Below the pieces are notes generated by a model. That model was not told where the DNA came from, did no database searches, and was given only the letters and a program-made list of their open reading frames with translations. 64,000 bases of DNA from a phage, in the sequence record NC_135731.1. One strand, 5' to 3'. Both the position numbers and the translations under genes were made by a program. Positions 1 through 8,929 of the stretch are shown in pieces. Every line of letters begins with the position of its first letter. Within the stretch, counting starts at the first letter, position 1.

Positions 1-357
1 TGGTCACGTTATCACAACGCTCTTCCAGCCATGCAATACAAGACTCTGCGTCAGCTTGCGCCCATTCCCAATCAGGATGCTCTTTAGCCCAAGCCTCCTC
101 TTCAATCTCAAAACCAAGCATGTGTGCAAGTGCTTTAGCATCATCATACCACATATCGAAGAAACGACGCAGGTATTCTTCAAAACTAAGCTCCACAGTA
201 ACTTGGCGAAGTGCCTTAACAATATCGTCTGTTAACTGCTCAGGCTTAAGATCACTCTTCATCAAAAGAGATACAGGTCTGTTGTTAGCGCTATAGCCTT
301 GCGCCTTGTGGCACAGGGCAATCCCCTTCTCTTTAATAGTAATCGTTTTTTCAGACA
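1..357 (-). CDS. hypothetical protein, N-terminal part only (gene runs off the window start); sits after the protease-like gene in the head block
   Basis: ATG at 355-357 on minus strand, open to position 1 (MSEKTITIKEKGIALCHKAQGY...); not in ORF track because no stop inside window. Confidence 0.45.
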
Positions 358-789
358 TTATTCATTGCCCTCTTCTACAACACTGATCCCGAAGTTTACG
401 TTGGTAATTTCACCAGTTTCTTCATCAACATTACCTGTTGCCTGAATGCTTAGGCCACCAACAATGCCAGCCTTCTTAGCTTCCCATAATTCAGGATTAT
501 TGTATTTAACTTTAGCAACCCAAGAGCCAGCCTTGATGACCTGCTCAGTGCCAATCACTACAACATCAAACTCTTCTTGAATCCACGTCTTTTCAATGGT
601 GAAAGCATCTGTAGAGGTCAAGTGGAAAAGGTTCTCAGAAACTAGGCCTGCGGCGTATGCTGCGTCCCAGTTATCTTTGGCCTTTTTGATGGTGTCTTTA
701 CTCATCCACTCACCGTGAGCATCTTTAGTGTCAGGTTCGTAGATGATTTCGTAGGAAATCATTTCTTCCTGTGGCATCTTATTCCCCAT
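358..789 (-). CDS. putative prohead protease-like protein (XkdF-like)
   Basis: Track ORF 358..933; start re-set to internal ATG after portal stop (MGNKMPQEEM...); motif YEPDTKDAHGEWMSKDTIKKA resembles XkdF-type phage protease; position after portal. Confidence 0.35.
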   Translation of the reverse strand: MGNKMPQEEMISYEIIYEPDTKDAHGEWMSKDTIKKAKDNWDAAYAAGLVSENLFHLTSTDAFTIEKTWIQEEFDVVVIGTEQVIKAGSWVAKVKYNNPELWEAKKAGIVGGLSIQATGNVDEETGEITNVNFGISVVEEGNE

Positions 790-844
790 GTGGATTATTT
801 TATCACGCCAAAGGAGGTTTTGCAACCCCCTGTGTTGATAATTT

Positions 845-2401
845 TTAATTTTCCATGTTGGATATGGAATTATCTCTGGTTGATGACATCTTAGAAGTGC
901 CGTTGCCAGTGGATCCTGCAGCCATTCCATCACCAGCCCTACTGATGTCCTGGCCCAAAAGCTTCATCAGCTCTTCCTGATCCATGTCCTCGTCAAATCT
1001 TTCATCAAACCCGCCTACTTCAAGAATCTTATTAATTACTGCAGGAGTTTTTGGCAAGTAACCTACAGCACCGATCCTCTGGACAAACTTGGAGAAGCTC
1101 TCCATATCCACTTCTTCAATCAGACCAGGTTTCAGTTTAGGCATATCATCATCTTCGAGGATGATACCATTCAATGCCAGAAGCTGTGGAATAAGATCTT
1201 TATTGAAGGCCTCAGTGATAATATCTATATCACGCTGAACAAAATGACCATGGATAGACTGTTTTGACTCAGACAGAGAGAAAGATCCGACGTTATCGTT
1301 ACCGAGGTTAATAAAGCCAGCACCGAAACGGTCAAGAATCGCCTTCTTACGGGCATCAATCAAATCTTTAGTGGAATACTGCTTACCCATACCGTCAACC
1401 CCTTTCAGGGTCATGGAGTAAAGCTCTTTACCAGACTTATCTCTATCAGACGGGAGTATAAAGAAACTTTGCTCACCACTATGGGCGTTTGCTGCGTCAA
1501 GCATAAGGTCTGCAACCATTCTCCCTTCCATTGAATTCGGGTCAATGCTGGCCTTGTTCAAAATATTGGAAGGAATTTTCAGCTCAAGCACACCACCAAG
1601 GTCTTTGGAACAGCCAACAACCTCAAGGTTTTCAATCAGAACTTTCTCACGGAAAGATCTGTAGCAACCTATCATCGGTGACACACCCGCAGGGTTAGAT
1701 TCTGTTCCTGACAGGGTCATGAGCATAAGCTTTTTAGCAGGGATGAAAATTTCAGGCTCATTAAAGCCTTTTGAAGGCATTGCAGCAAGAGGTCCAGCCC
1801 AGCGTGCATTCTGAGTGTTTAGAAATGCATTAGGTGACTGATAAATACCTGTCAGTGTTCTACTATTCTTGTCAAAGACAAACGGCTCTGATCTGGACAG
1901 ACTGGCCTGAGGTCGGAATGCAATTTTATCAATAAGAAGCATCCCGGCATATTTACCTTCTTTCTCTCTGCGGTATACTTTCTCAAACAGTGAAAAACCA
2001 TACTCGTTAAAGGTAGCTGCGCTTCTTGCAATATCCCGAAGGGTTTGTTGGTTTGCCAAATTACGCAAAGAATACTCTATAAGCTCGGCAGCTTTCTTAG
2101 AGTCTTCACTTTTAACATTATAAAGGATCTTAAAATCATTGAACGCTTTCGTGATGAAAACATATTTTGTATCTAAGGCAGTAGCAACTGTGGAATCACA
2201 TTTCATAGTCTCCACTGTGGCAATCAGCTGAGGCCAACGCAATTCCTCAACCATCATAGATTGCGATTCTGCCATAATTTGGGAAAGTGCGCCAGAACCG
2301 ATCTCACTCATACGAACATTATGAGTTGGTGCGCCTGCGTTCCCAGATTTATTCACAGTTTTGGCTGTGGCGTTGTGTTTCCTGCGGTTCTTTTTGGACA
2401 C
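845..2401 (-). CDS. portal protein (putative)
   Basis: 518 aa ORF directly downstream of large terminase, followed by protease-like gene; size and synteny typical of portal; no motif-level proof. Confidence 0.55.
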   Translation of the reverse strand: MSKKNRRKHNATAKTVNKSGNAGAPTHNVRMSEIGSGALSQIMAESQSMMVEELRWPQLIATVETMKCDSTVATALDTKYVFITKAFNDFKILYNVKSEDSKKAAELIEYSLRNLANQQTLRDIARSAATFNEYGFSLFEKVYRREKEGKYAGMLLIDKIAFRPQASLSRSEPFVFDKNSRTLTGIYQSPNAFLNTQNARWAGPLAAMPSKGFNEPEIFIPAKKLMLMTLSGTESNPAGVSPMIGCYRSFREKVLIENLEVVGCSKDLGGVLELKIPSNILNKASIDPNSMEGRMVADLMLDAANAHSGEQSFFILPSDRDKSGKELYSMTLKGVDGMGKQYSTKDLIDARKKAILDRFGAGFINLGNDNVGSFSLSESKQSIHGHFVQRDIDIITEAFNKDLIPQLLALNGIILEDDDMPKLKPGLIEEVDMESFSKFVQRIGAVGYLPKTPAVINKILEVGGFDERFDEDMDQEELMKLLGQDISRAGDGMAAGSTGNGTSKMSSTRDNSISNMEN

Positions 2402-2503
2402 AAGCTTTACCCCTCAAAACAGTATAACAAAATAGCCCTCGTGTTAGAGGGCTAGTATCTCCGATTACTCTATTCTACCACATCTAATTAAGATTGGCAA
2501 CAC

Positions 2504-3289
2504 TTAGATAAAACGCTTGAACATAGAAGGTGATGAGATTGATGGAATCACACAAGGAAGTGCTACCTCCTCTTTCTCCAGGAAATTAATCGCAGAAGCT
2601 ACACAGTCGGCCCAGTCGTCTTTTCTGTTAAATGTTGATCTTTCCCCGTTGAATTTTTCAAGTTCAGTCAGAAATGCTTCCAGAGTATCAGGATGGAAAC
2701 TGGATTTTACAATCCTCACCATTCCTTGTTGGGCAAGATTGGCAAAAGGTGAGAACCTTGTCAGTTTAGATTTGTTGGAAGGCATCGGGTCTTCTTCAAC
2801 CCTGAACCCTTCGGCGAGCAAGGATCTGGAGGAGGTTAAGAACTCACTCTTACCTGCCTGACCGGGGTCCACAGAGAATACGATTATACAATCATCACCA
2901 TCAAACTGCGCCTGTTTCCTGATGATCACATCTCGTTCACCAGCCTTTTTACAAAACTTACCTTCCAGACCTGTGGAATACCTCCCGTCATCCACGTTCT
3001 CAGGACAATAATCACCGGACAGGTAATAAAAGCCGTCACTATCTTTACTTACCTTAACACTGGCGGTAAAGTCAGGAAATTTATTACCGGAAGTTCTCTC
3101 GGTTCCTGCCTTATCCCATGCCCTGCAAGATACTGATCCAAGAGGTACTCTATCGGCATCACGAAGGAAAGATCTTTGAAAATAGTTTGCACCCTCAGGC
3201 TTTGCAAACCAGTTACCATGGAGAAGCTGAGCTTTTTCCAGCTCTGGTAGACCTTCGAGGAAAGCAAGGTATTCTGGGTTGTCTCTCAA
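2504..3289 (-). CDS. terL: terminase large subunit, C-terminal exon (nuclease domain)
   Basis: 261 aa fragment with no N-terminal ATPase motifs; frame open upstream to about 3310; separated from middle exon by HNH-containing insertion. Confidence 0.6.
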   Translation of the reverse strand: MRDNPEYLAFLEGLPELEKAQLLHGNWFAKPEGANYFQRSFLRDADRVPLGSVSCRAWDKAGTERTSGNKFPDFTASVKVSKDSDGFYYLSGDYCPENVDDGRYSTGLEGKFCKKAGERDVIIRKQAQFDGDDCIIVFSVDPGQAGKSEFLTSSRSLLAEGFRVEEDPMPSNKSKLTRFSPFANLAQQGMVRIVKSSFHPDTLEAFLTELEKFNGERSTFNRKDDWADCVASAINFLEKEEVALPCVIPSISSPSMFKRFI

Positions 3290-4280
3290 ACAGACAGGAT
3301 TATCGAATCCTTATATTCAAAGGTGGTCGCAACACCACCCTCCGCACCATTACGTGCTGCTGCATGTTACCATGCAGAGTAGACTATATCACCACCCATC
3401 TCAGGGTGCTTCGCTTTTCGAGCGCCATAAGCTTGCGCCCTACTCCCTCTCGGGATAGTCGTTGAACTACATTACCAATCGTAATTGTTTGAAATATAGG
3501 TGTAAGTCTTACGGTCTTTTATTCCTTTAACAACACTAAAACTTACTCCCCACTTCTTAGCTATTTTATTTACACACAAAACCCTATCACTAAGATCCTC
3601 GCAGATACCTATTATCTTGTGCTCACTTATCCTATTAGAGGTTGGCACTTTTCTAAAGTTAAACTCTTTAGAAATATCTGGGTATACTGAGCCATTCTTT
3701 ATACCACTTACAAGTGGTTGATTGACACCAAACATTTCACAAATGTCTTTTACCCTTGCACCTTGCTCTAACAGCCTACATATTTCAAGAGCAGTGGCAT
3801 CATCTAGGGACCTGTATTTATTGACATAGTCCTTTTTAAGTCCCATTTCATGAGCGTGATGTGTGTTTTCCTCAGGCGTTGTCCACTCAAGGTTCCATGC
3901 GGCGTTATTCAACTTATTACCATCCAGGTGGTTTACTTGAGTTTTCACGCTGGGATTATCATTATCAACAAAAGCCATAGCGATAACTCTATGGACTAGC
4001 ACTTGGAACTTTTTCCCGCCCTCGCACAAAGTGACCATAGCATAGCCAGTCTTTTTCTGCACATTAGGATGGAGGAATTTATTAGAATACAGACTGTAAA
4101 TTCTGCCATCGTATGTAGCACAATAATGATTGTAGCCTAAAAAGCCTAAATTTCTCATTTCAAACATCTCCCTACTACAGGTTCGGAAGGGTAATTATAG
4201 CTGCTGATTGTCCGTTTAGCAATCGGATTTTCCAGCAATTAACGAAGTTATTCGACGTGCATTTCTGCACGAAGCCACTA
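3290..4280 (-). mobile_element. putative group I intron 2 in terL, carrying HNH homing endonuclease
   Basis: Non-coding GC-rich flanks around HNH ORF; 3' core motif ccatgcaga..agactatatc (plus strand 3372-3395) shared with the other terL intron and, as GATAGTCTGG, with the nrdD intron; boundaries approximate. Confidence 0.5.
3472..4167 (-). CDS. HNH homing endonuclease (intron-encoded)
   Basis: HNH_3-type motif VHRVIAMAFVDN...VNHLDGNKLNNAAWNLEWTTPEENTHHA; located between terL exons. Confidence 0.8.
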   Translation of the reverse strand: MFEMRNLGFLGYNHYCATYDGRIYSLYSNKFLHPNVQKKTGYAMVTLCEGGKKFQVLVHRVIAMAFVDNDNPSVKTQVNHLDGNKLNNAAWNLEWTTPEENTHHAHEMGLKKDYVNKYRSLDDATALEICRLLEQGARVKDICEMFGVNQPLVSGIKNGSVYPDISKEFNFRKVPTSNRISEHKIIGICEDLSDRVLCVNKIAKKWGVSFSVVKGIKDRKTYTYISNNYDW

Positions 4281-4571
4281 TCATTTAATGGTTGCGCCTA
4301 TGAACGAGAATGACAACGGTCTTGGCTTGATCTCTACACCCAGTCCGTTAACCGTGGTGTATTTCTCTATCAACTCTTCCTTAGAGTCTCCCCAAATAAA
4401 TTCACCGTCGCGTCGGATAAAATATCTTTTCTTACCGCATTTTTCCGGATCTGGATACCCTTCATCGTCCAACCACCATCTAACCAGTTTGGCAAGCATG
4501 TGTTCTGAATCGGGGTTACAGCTGATAACCATTCTTGATGGATACTTTGACTGAGATCGCAGACGAGACAT
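4281..4571 (-). CDS. terL: terminase large subunit, middle exon
   Basis: SRMVISCNPD...LVRWWLDDEGYPD typical of terminase middle region; frame open upstream to about 4607; true splice junctions not determined. Confidence 0.55.
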   Translation of the reverse strand: MSRLRSQSKYPSRMVISCNPDSEHMLAKLVRWWLDDEGYPDPEKCGKKRYFIRRDGEFIWGDSKEELIEKYTTVNGLGVEIKPRPLSFSFIGATIK

Positions 4572-5484
4572 CAGGTAGTCTATCTGCTCCCATTCGAATT
4601 GTGTCGTTTATGTTCAGGCAAGGTCGCTAGTCTTGCCCCGCCATTTTCAGGCAGCTGCATGTCTCCATGCAGACCAGACTATATCTTATGAATGTGTAAA
4701 TACTCTGCCGCTCTAAGAATAGTTTCCTCATCTTCTTGGAAGAAACCTAAAGCTCTGTTGCATTTATCACAAAGCAACCCTCTTACAGCACCAGTTTTAT
4801 GGTCATGATCAACACAAAAGAAATCTCTGTACCCTTGCGTCCTATACTCATCGAGAGATATTCTACAAATGGCACACTTATGATCTTGATCTGAGAGTAG
4901 ACGATAGTATTCATCTTTTGTTATGTGAAATTTCTTCTCAATCTGATAAAACTTTTCACACATCTTACACCTGTTCGTAACCAGATATACTTTACCATAG
5001 TCACGTTTTGTGTAAAAACTATCAGCGAGCATACTTTCATGACAAGATTTGCATTCAAAAAGTTCACCTTTCTTCAGCAAGTCTTGAATAAATAATGCTG
5101 CGTCATCTCTCTTAACCATATTTTTGTTTTTACGAGATCCACCCTTCCTGTAGTACATATAGCATTCCTTGCATGTACCTGAGTATCCATCCTTGCTCTT
5201 AGATGATAAAAAGAAATCATCAATAGGTAGAACTCTTTGGCAATCCATACATTTTTTAGTATTACACATTCATCCTCCCGTTTCGAATCGCTTGATTCTA
5301 CGTCTTTCGACTAGTCGTTGAACGTTCATCCTCTCGGATGCTTCGCTGCGGATTATCTAAATTAACACACTGTTACCATACCTTCGATCTCTCTTCGAAG
5401 CCTCTATTATGTTACCATAGCAGGTTGGTGGTGTCAATAATAAAGATTTCCCCGCAATTAGGGAGGTTTTACGAGAGCTACAAA
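4572..5484 (-). mobile_element. putative group I intron 1 in terL, carrying EndoVII-like homing endonuclease
   Basis: Non-coding flanks around nuclease ORF; shared motifs gatatagtctgg and agactag (minus sense) just downstream of the ORF stop; boundaries approximate. Confidence 0.5.
4679..5269 (-). CDS. endonuclease VII-like (zinc-binding) homing endonuclease, intron-encoded
   Basis: Signature CVDHDHKTGAVRGLLCDKCNRALG matches the DHDH-TG-RG-LC-CN core of T4 endonuclease VII family; additional CxxC pairs. Confidence 0.75.
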   Translation of the reverse strand: MCNTKKCMDCQRVLPIDDFFLSSKSKDGYSGTCKECYMYYRKGGSRKNKNMVKRDDAALFIQDLLKKGELFECKSCHESMLADSFYTKRDYGKVYLVTNRCKMCEKFYQIEKKFHITKDEYYRLLSDQDHKCAICRISLDEYRTQGYRDFFCVDHDHKTGAVRGLLCDKCNRALGFFQEDEETILRAAEYLHIHKI

Positions 5485-5913
5485 TTAACCCTCATCGAAG
5501 CAAACCATGGTATACTCAAGCCCCTGGTGGTTAAGCTTATCTTGTACATACTCCATATGGCAGTATTTTACAACAGCTCCCTTTTTGCTTCTATCCCACT
5601 TACCAGTGTTCGGATCAAACCGTGGAAAAATGAACTTATGATCCTTCTCTCTGAACTTTGGCTTAATGTTTTCAGGCAGATCACTATAAATAGCTACTGC
5701 TTTAGGCCATAGTCCACCCTCACCTTCCAACTGTGGGGTTGTTCTTCGGAACATAACCACAGAACTATGGGGGTCATCAATAATTTTAAGTGGCATCAAC
5801 TGCAAGAGGAACGACTTGCCAGACCCTGCGGCACCGCCGATTACCAAAATATCTGCATCGTTTTCTAGGATCATCTTCTGCTTTTCAGAACACGGTCCGT
5901 AAATCTTAGACAT
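5485..5913 (-). CDS. terL: terminase large subunit, N-terminal exon (ATPase)
   Basis: Walker A VIGGAAGSGKSF; ends ...MVCFDEG (Walker B-like) immediately before in-frame stop, as expected at a group I 5' splice site. Confidence 0.65.
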   Translation of the reverse strand: MSKIYGPCSEKQKMILENDADILVIGGAAGSGKSFLLQLMPLKIIDDPHSSVVMFRRTTPQLEGEGGLWPKAVAIYSDLPENIKPKFREKDHKFIFPRFDPNTGKWDRSKKGAVVKYCHMEYVQDKLNHQGLEYTMVCFDEG

Positions 5914-6200
5914 TAACCTCTCTCCTTTGGAAACAGTGTTCTAATATAGTCTTGCAAAATGATCAATTTAGCTCTATCATTGCTACAAGACAGATTATTA
6001 TCCCTCATAATGCCAGAATTCACTGCATCTGGAGCACCTTTCTTCAAAGGCATAGCTTTAGCAGGTGGTTTCATGGCACCTTCCGGGGGTTTAACAATCA
6101 ACCTTCCTACATCCGGAGGGTCAATCTTGTATTCTCTCTCAACGCTGGTTGCACACCCACATAATAACAAGCACACAATAAACAGTGTAGCAACTCTCAT
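5913..6200 (-). CDS. putative o-spanin (outer-membrane lipoprotein, Rz1-like)
   Basis: Signal peptide with lipobox-like LLLCGCATS, proline-rich, 95 aa, overlaps upstream i-spanin-like gene by 4 nt. Confidence 0.4.
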   Translation of the reverse strand: MRVATLFIVCLLLCGCATSVEREYKIDPPDVGRLIVKPPEGAMKPPAKAMPLKKGAPDAVNSGIMRDNNLSCSNDRAKLIILQDYIRTLFPKERG

Positions 6201-6595
6201 CTATCCCCCTGATTGATACTCTCATTATAAATATCTATAAGCTGATCAGGAAGTGTTGACTTCTTACCTTCAGGTGATTGGAGGTAGATAATCTGCTTTT
6301 CTCTACCTGCCCTCTCAGCTATATTTAATTTATCCTGCAGATCAGAAAGAGATTTTTCAAGGTTTTTAACCTCCTCTGCGTGGCCCATTTTAATTTTGTC
6401 GGCCTGCTTTTGTTGCTGATCAAGGATCCGTTCCCACTTTAACTCTGTTGCTGACACACCATCTTGGTAGGCATCATTAAGCTTAGAGTTAAACCAATAC
6501 ACGGCCCCAAGATAAGCTGCACCTATAGCCGCTGCAAAAACTAAACCTTTTATGATCCCTCTATACCTACTCAGCCATGTTAAACCTGAAATCAT
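6197..6595 (-). CDS. putative i-spanin (Rz-like)
   Basis: N-terminal TM segment (LVFAAAIGAAYLGAVYWF) followed by charged coiled-coil-like region; paired with lipoprotein gene. Confidence 0.4.
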   Translation of the reverse strand: MISGLTWLSRYRGIIKGLVFAAAIGAAYLGAVYWFNSKLNDAYQDGVSATELKWERILDQQQKQADKIKMGHAEEVKNLEKSLSDLQDKLNIAERAGREKQIIYLQSPEGKKSTLPDQLIDIYNESINQGDR

Positions 6596-6604
6596 TTTAA
6601 GGCT

Positions 6605-6640
6605 CCAGAAACGAAAAAACCCCGCAGCTATACAGCTAAC
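6605..6640 (-). terminator. rho-independent terminator (minus strand)
   Basis: Minus-sense hairpin CCCCGTTAGCTGTATAGCTGCGGGG followed by TTTTTTCG, downstream of gene 6701..6970. Confidence 0.55.
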
Positions 6641-6700
6641 GGGGCGGGTTAAAATTGAGTAACCTAAATAGATCGAAACTAACTAAAAGGAGACTAATAC

Positions 6701-6970
6701 TTATCGAGGCACTCGGTGGATGATTCTAACAGTAACTGCATTTTCATTCATCAAGTATGCATCTACATCTCTGTAAATATAAAACTTCTGCTCACTATCA
6801 ACAACACAAGCTACCGCCCCTTCAGAGTTGTCTTCAAAAAAGACCACCACTGCATCGCAGCTGAGTTCATGATATGACTCTCGAAGATTTACAGCCAGAG
6901 GATTGAAATCGTCACGAAAATCTACAGTATGGGTTGGATTTACACGCTCTACAATTTTAAGTGTATACAT
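6701..6970 (-). CDS. hypothetical protein
   Basis: 89 aa ORF, minus strand, between tRNA cluster and spanins. Confidence 0.35.
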   Translation of the reverse strand: MYTLKIVERVNPTHTVDFRDDFNPLAVNLRESYHELSCDAVVVFFEDNSEGAVACVVDSEQKFYIYRDVDAYLMNENAVTVRIIHRVPR

Positions 6971-7016
6971 TTTAAAGGTTCCTTTCGTTTGTATATGTTT
7001 AAAGTATAACTAAAGG

Positions 7017-7093
7017 TGGTCTCCACGGAGTGATTCGAACACTCGACCTCCTGATCCCAAATCAGGCGCTCTACCAAGCTGAGCTACGCGGAG
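7017..7093 (-). tRNA. tRNA-Pro (anticodon UGG)
   Basis: Minus sense CTCCGCGTAGCTCAGCTTGGTAGAGCGCCTGATTTGGGATCAGG...GTTCGAATCACTCCGTGGAGACCA; cloverleaf hand-folded, anticodon loop TTTGGGA, encoded CCA. Confidence 0.7.
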
Positions 7094-7104
7094 TATTTAT
7101 AATT

Positions 7105-7179
7105 TGGTGGCCCTGGGTGGAATTGAACCACCGTCTGGCGATTATGAGTCGCTTGCTTGAACCTTCCAGCTACAGGGCC
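7105..7179 (-). tRNA. tRNA with CAU anticodon (Met, fMet or Ile-lysidine)
   Basis: Minus sense GGCCCTG...anticodon loop CTCATAA...GGTTCAATTCCACCCAGGGCCACCA; acceptor and T-arm pair well, D-stem weak. Confidence 0.6.
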
Positions 7180-7180
7180 A

Positions 7181-7256
7181 TGGTGCTGATGGCAGGACTT
7201 GAACCTGCAACCTATTGATTACAAATCAATTGCACTACCAATTGTGCTACATCAGC
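7181..7256 (-). tRNA. tRNA-Thr (anticodon UGU)
   Basis: Minus sense GCTGATGTAGCACAATTGGTAGTGCAATTGATTTGTAATCAAT...GGTTCAAGTCCTGCCATCAGCACCA; all four arms fold. Confidence 0.75.
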
Positions 7257-7262
7257 AAAAAG

Positions 7263-7360
7263 GTGCTAGGTGATGGAATCGAACCATCTATGTATTCAAC
7301 GACTACCTCGTCTATTTTCAGGATTAAAAATCCTCGCCCTTGCCAAAGGGCTTACCTAGC
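7263..7360 (-). tRNA. atypical tRNA-like element (about 98 nt; anticodon unresolved, possibly UUU)
   Basis: Perfect acceptor stem GCTAGGT/ACCTAGC, D-arm GCCC..GGGC and T-arm GATGGTTCGATTCCATC, but about 31 nt lie between anticodon stem and T-stem and CCA is not encoded. Confidence 0.35.
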
Positions 7361-7458
7361 TCAGTATGTTGACCATGTTGCTAGTCGGCGATGACGACTG
7401 TAACATTTGATAATCCGGTTCTGCTTCCGGCTTTCGCTTAATTACAAGGCCAACAATG

Positions 7459-7549
7459 TGGCGGAGAGTAATGGAATCGAACCATCATCGAGTCATCCTC
7501 AATGGGACGGTTTTCAAGACCGCTTGAGCACCATTGCTCCCTACCCTCC
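7459..7549 (-). tRNA. tRNA-Ser (anticodon UGA), type II
   Basis: Minus sense GGAGGGT...anticodon arm GCGGTCTTGAAAACCGT...long variable arm...GGTTCGATTCCATTACTCTCCGCCA; 91 nt; anticodon arm matches E. coli tRNA-Ser(UGA). Confidence 0.65.
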
Positions 7550-7663
7550 TTTATAAATTATACTGATAATGACACTGATTTTCGAGCAGTTAGTGACTAG
7601 TATAAACGACGATAAATATCAATGCCATTATCTGTATTATTTATGCATCTAAAAATATAAATT

Positions 7664-7750
7664 TGGTGGGGAGTGGTGGAGTCGAACCACCCGAGTCGCA
7701 ATGACAATAGATTTACAGTCTACACCGCTACCTCTACGGGATAACTCCCC
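7664..7750 (-). tRNA. tRNA-Tyr (anticodon GUA), type II
   Basis: Minus sense GGGGAGT...TAGACTGTAAATCTA...GGTTCGACTCCACCACTCCCCACCA; 87 nt; anticodon loop CTGTAAA. Confidence 0.65.
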
Positions 7751-7754
7751 AATT

Positions 7755-7829
7755 TGGCACCCCGTACTGGACTCGAACCAGTGTCAACGGCTTAGAAGGC
7801 CGCTGCTTTATCCACTAAGCTAACAGGGT
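7755..7829 (-). tRNA. tRNA-Arg (anticodon UCU)
   Basis: Minus sense ACCCTGTTAGCTTAGTGGATAAAGCAGCGGCCTTCTAAGCCGT...CTGGTTCGAGTCCAGTACGGGGTGCCA; A1:U72 acceptor pair. Confidence 0.6.
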
Positions 7830-7925
7830 ACTGGGTGGCTTTCTTTTACACCTTAGCCGCCAGAAAAGGTGGGAGACCATGTTTACAATATTACACTGTT
7901 AAGCAAAGTTTGTCAAGAAAATATT

Positions 7926-8264
7926 TTAGCTATTGCTAACAGGCTGTATTTCTGTAGTAAATGGCATAAAAGGTGCTGGTTTTTCAGCCTCTTCTACTAC
8001 CACCTCTTCCTCTTCACCAAACATCTCATCATATTCTTCCTGCATTCGGTCTGCCTTATCAAGAACATACTCTGCAATGCTTTGACGAATATTTTGTTTG
8101 GTTTTCGGGTCCAACATCAGCTCTCTTAAAACTTTGTGAGCTTCTGGAACCATCGCTATAAAAGATTCCTTCATATCAAGGATGTTCTTCTCTAGCTGAA
8201 TGGCGTTGGACTCCTCTTTCAGAGGTCTGCCTCTACGGCGACGCTTTTTAGTTGTATCCGCCAT
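7926..8264 (-). CDS. hypothetical protein (basic N-terminus, acidic C-terminus)
   Basis: Track ORF 7926..8384; start re-set to internal ATG (MADTTKKRRRRGRPLK...) after the GC-rich ORF-free segment. Confidence 0.4.
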   Translation of the reverse strand: MADTTKKRRRRGRPLKEESNAIQLEKNILDMKESFIAMVPEAHKVLRELMLDPKTKQNIRQSIAEYVLDKADRMQEEYDEMFGEEEEVVVEEAEKPAPFMPFTTEIQPVSNS

Positions 8265-8610
8265 GTTTCCTCCATTATCACGTGATAGGTGGATTTTATC
8301 ATAGCAAATACTGATTGTCAAGTTCGCCGCAGGGTGGTATTCCCTGCGACTTGTCCAGCGTCCTGGACCAGCAAGACCCAACAAGTGGGTTACCAGAGGC
8401 CTATTACCCGCGCTTCGGCTCGACCTTGTTACAGGTTGGCTGGGGTCACATCGTCATGTGCTGGCTGCCCCTACCATTTTAAGTGTGGTGCACTATCAAG
8501 CCCTCTAAGGGGAACTCAGTCTTCTCCGAACCCTGTTTCAAAGCATCCGGAGATAAAGCCATCAAATTCATCTTTAAATTGGATATTCATCATGATACAC
8601 GAAAACAACC

Positions 8611-8853
8611 TCATTGTAAAGCACAAATAAATAAAACATACTTAATTTGTTTGTTATCAGGCTCAGGGTAGAAGTAGAAGATCTTGCTATCACCGATCTG
8701 AACACCACCATCCCAACAACATAGCCCATAACCTGTATTCATACAAGCTAAGTCGTTGGCAAAATCTATTGCATCATCCAGTGCACGAAATTCACCTTCA
8801 TCTTCTAAATAATCCTCATTCATGGAACGAAAAACGAGCTTAACCTTAAACAT
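8611..8853 (-). CDS. hypothetical protein
   Basis: 80 aa minus-strand ORF. Confidence 0.3.
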   Translation of the reverse strand: MFKVKLVFRSMNEDYLEDEGEFRALDDAIDFANDLACMNTGYGLCCWDGGVQIGDSKIFYFYPEPDNKQIKYVLFICALQ

Positions 8854-8929
8854 AGCATTACCTGTAGACCTCGTAAGTTAAAATTGCATCACATCATATT
8901 GCAGATCTTATCAGGTAACACTATTTTTG

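Noticed and set aside
4-222. Minus-strand ORF 4..222 (72 aa)
   Set aside because: It is out of frame within the longer minus-strand reading frame that starts at 357 and runs off the window; treated as an alternative-frame artefact.
2517-3465. Plus-strand ORFs 2517..2861 and 3118..3465 from the six-frame track
   Set aside because: They lie antisense to the terL C-terminal exon and intron flank, have no RBS and low-complexity composition; judged shadow ORFs.
7360-7458. Possible additional tRNA between the tRNA-like element and tRNA-Ser
   Set aside because: No T-arm (GTTCRANYC) or acceptor pairing could be found; only a simple hairpin CCGGTTCTGCTTCCGG.
8289-8630. Plus-strand ORF 8289..8630 (113 aa) as a protein-coding gene
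   Set aside because: It lies in a GC-rich structured segment, surrounding genes are all minus strand, there is no RBS and the translation is Pro/Ser/Cys/Arg-biased; more likely structured RNA or non-coding.
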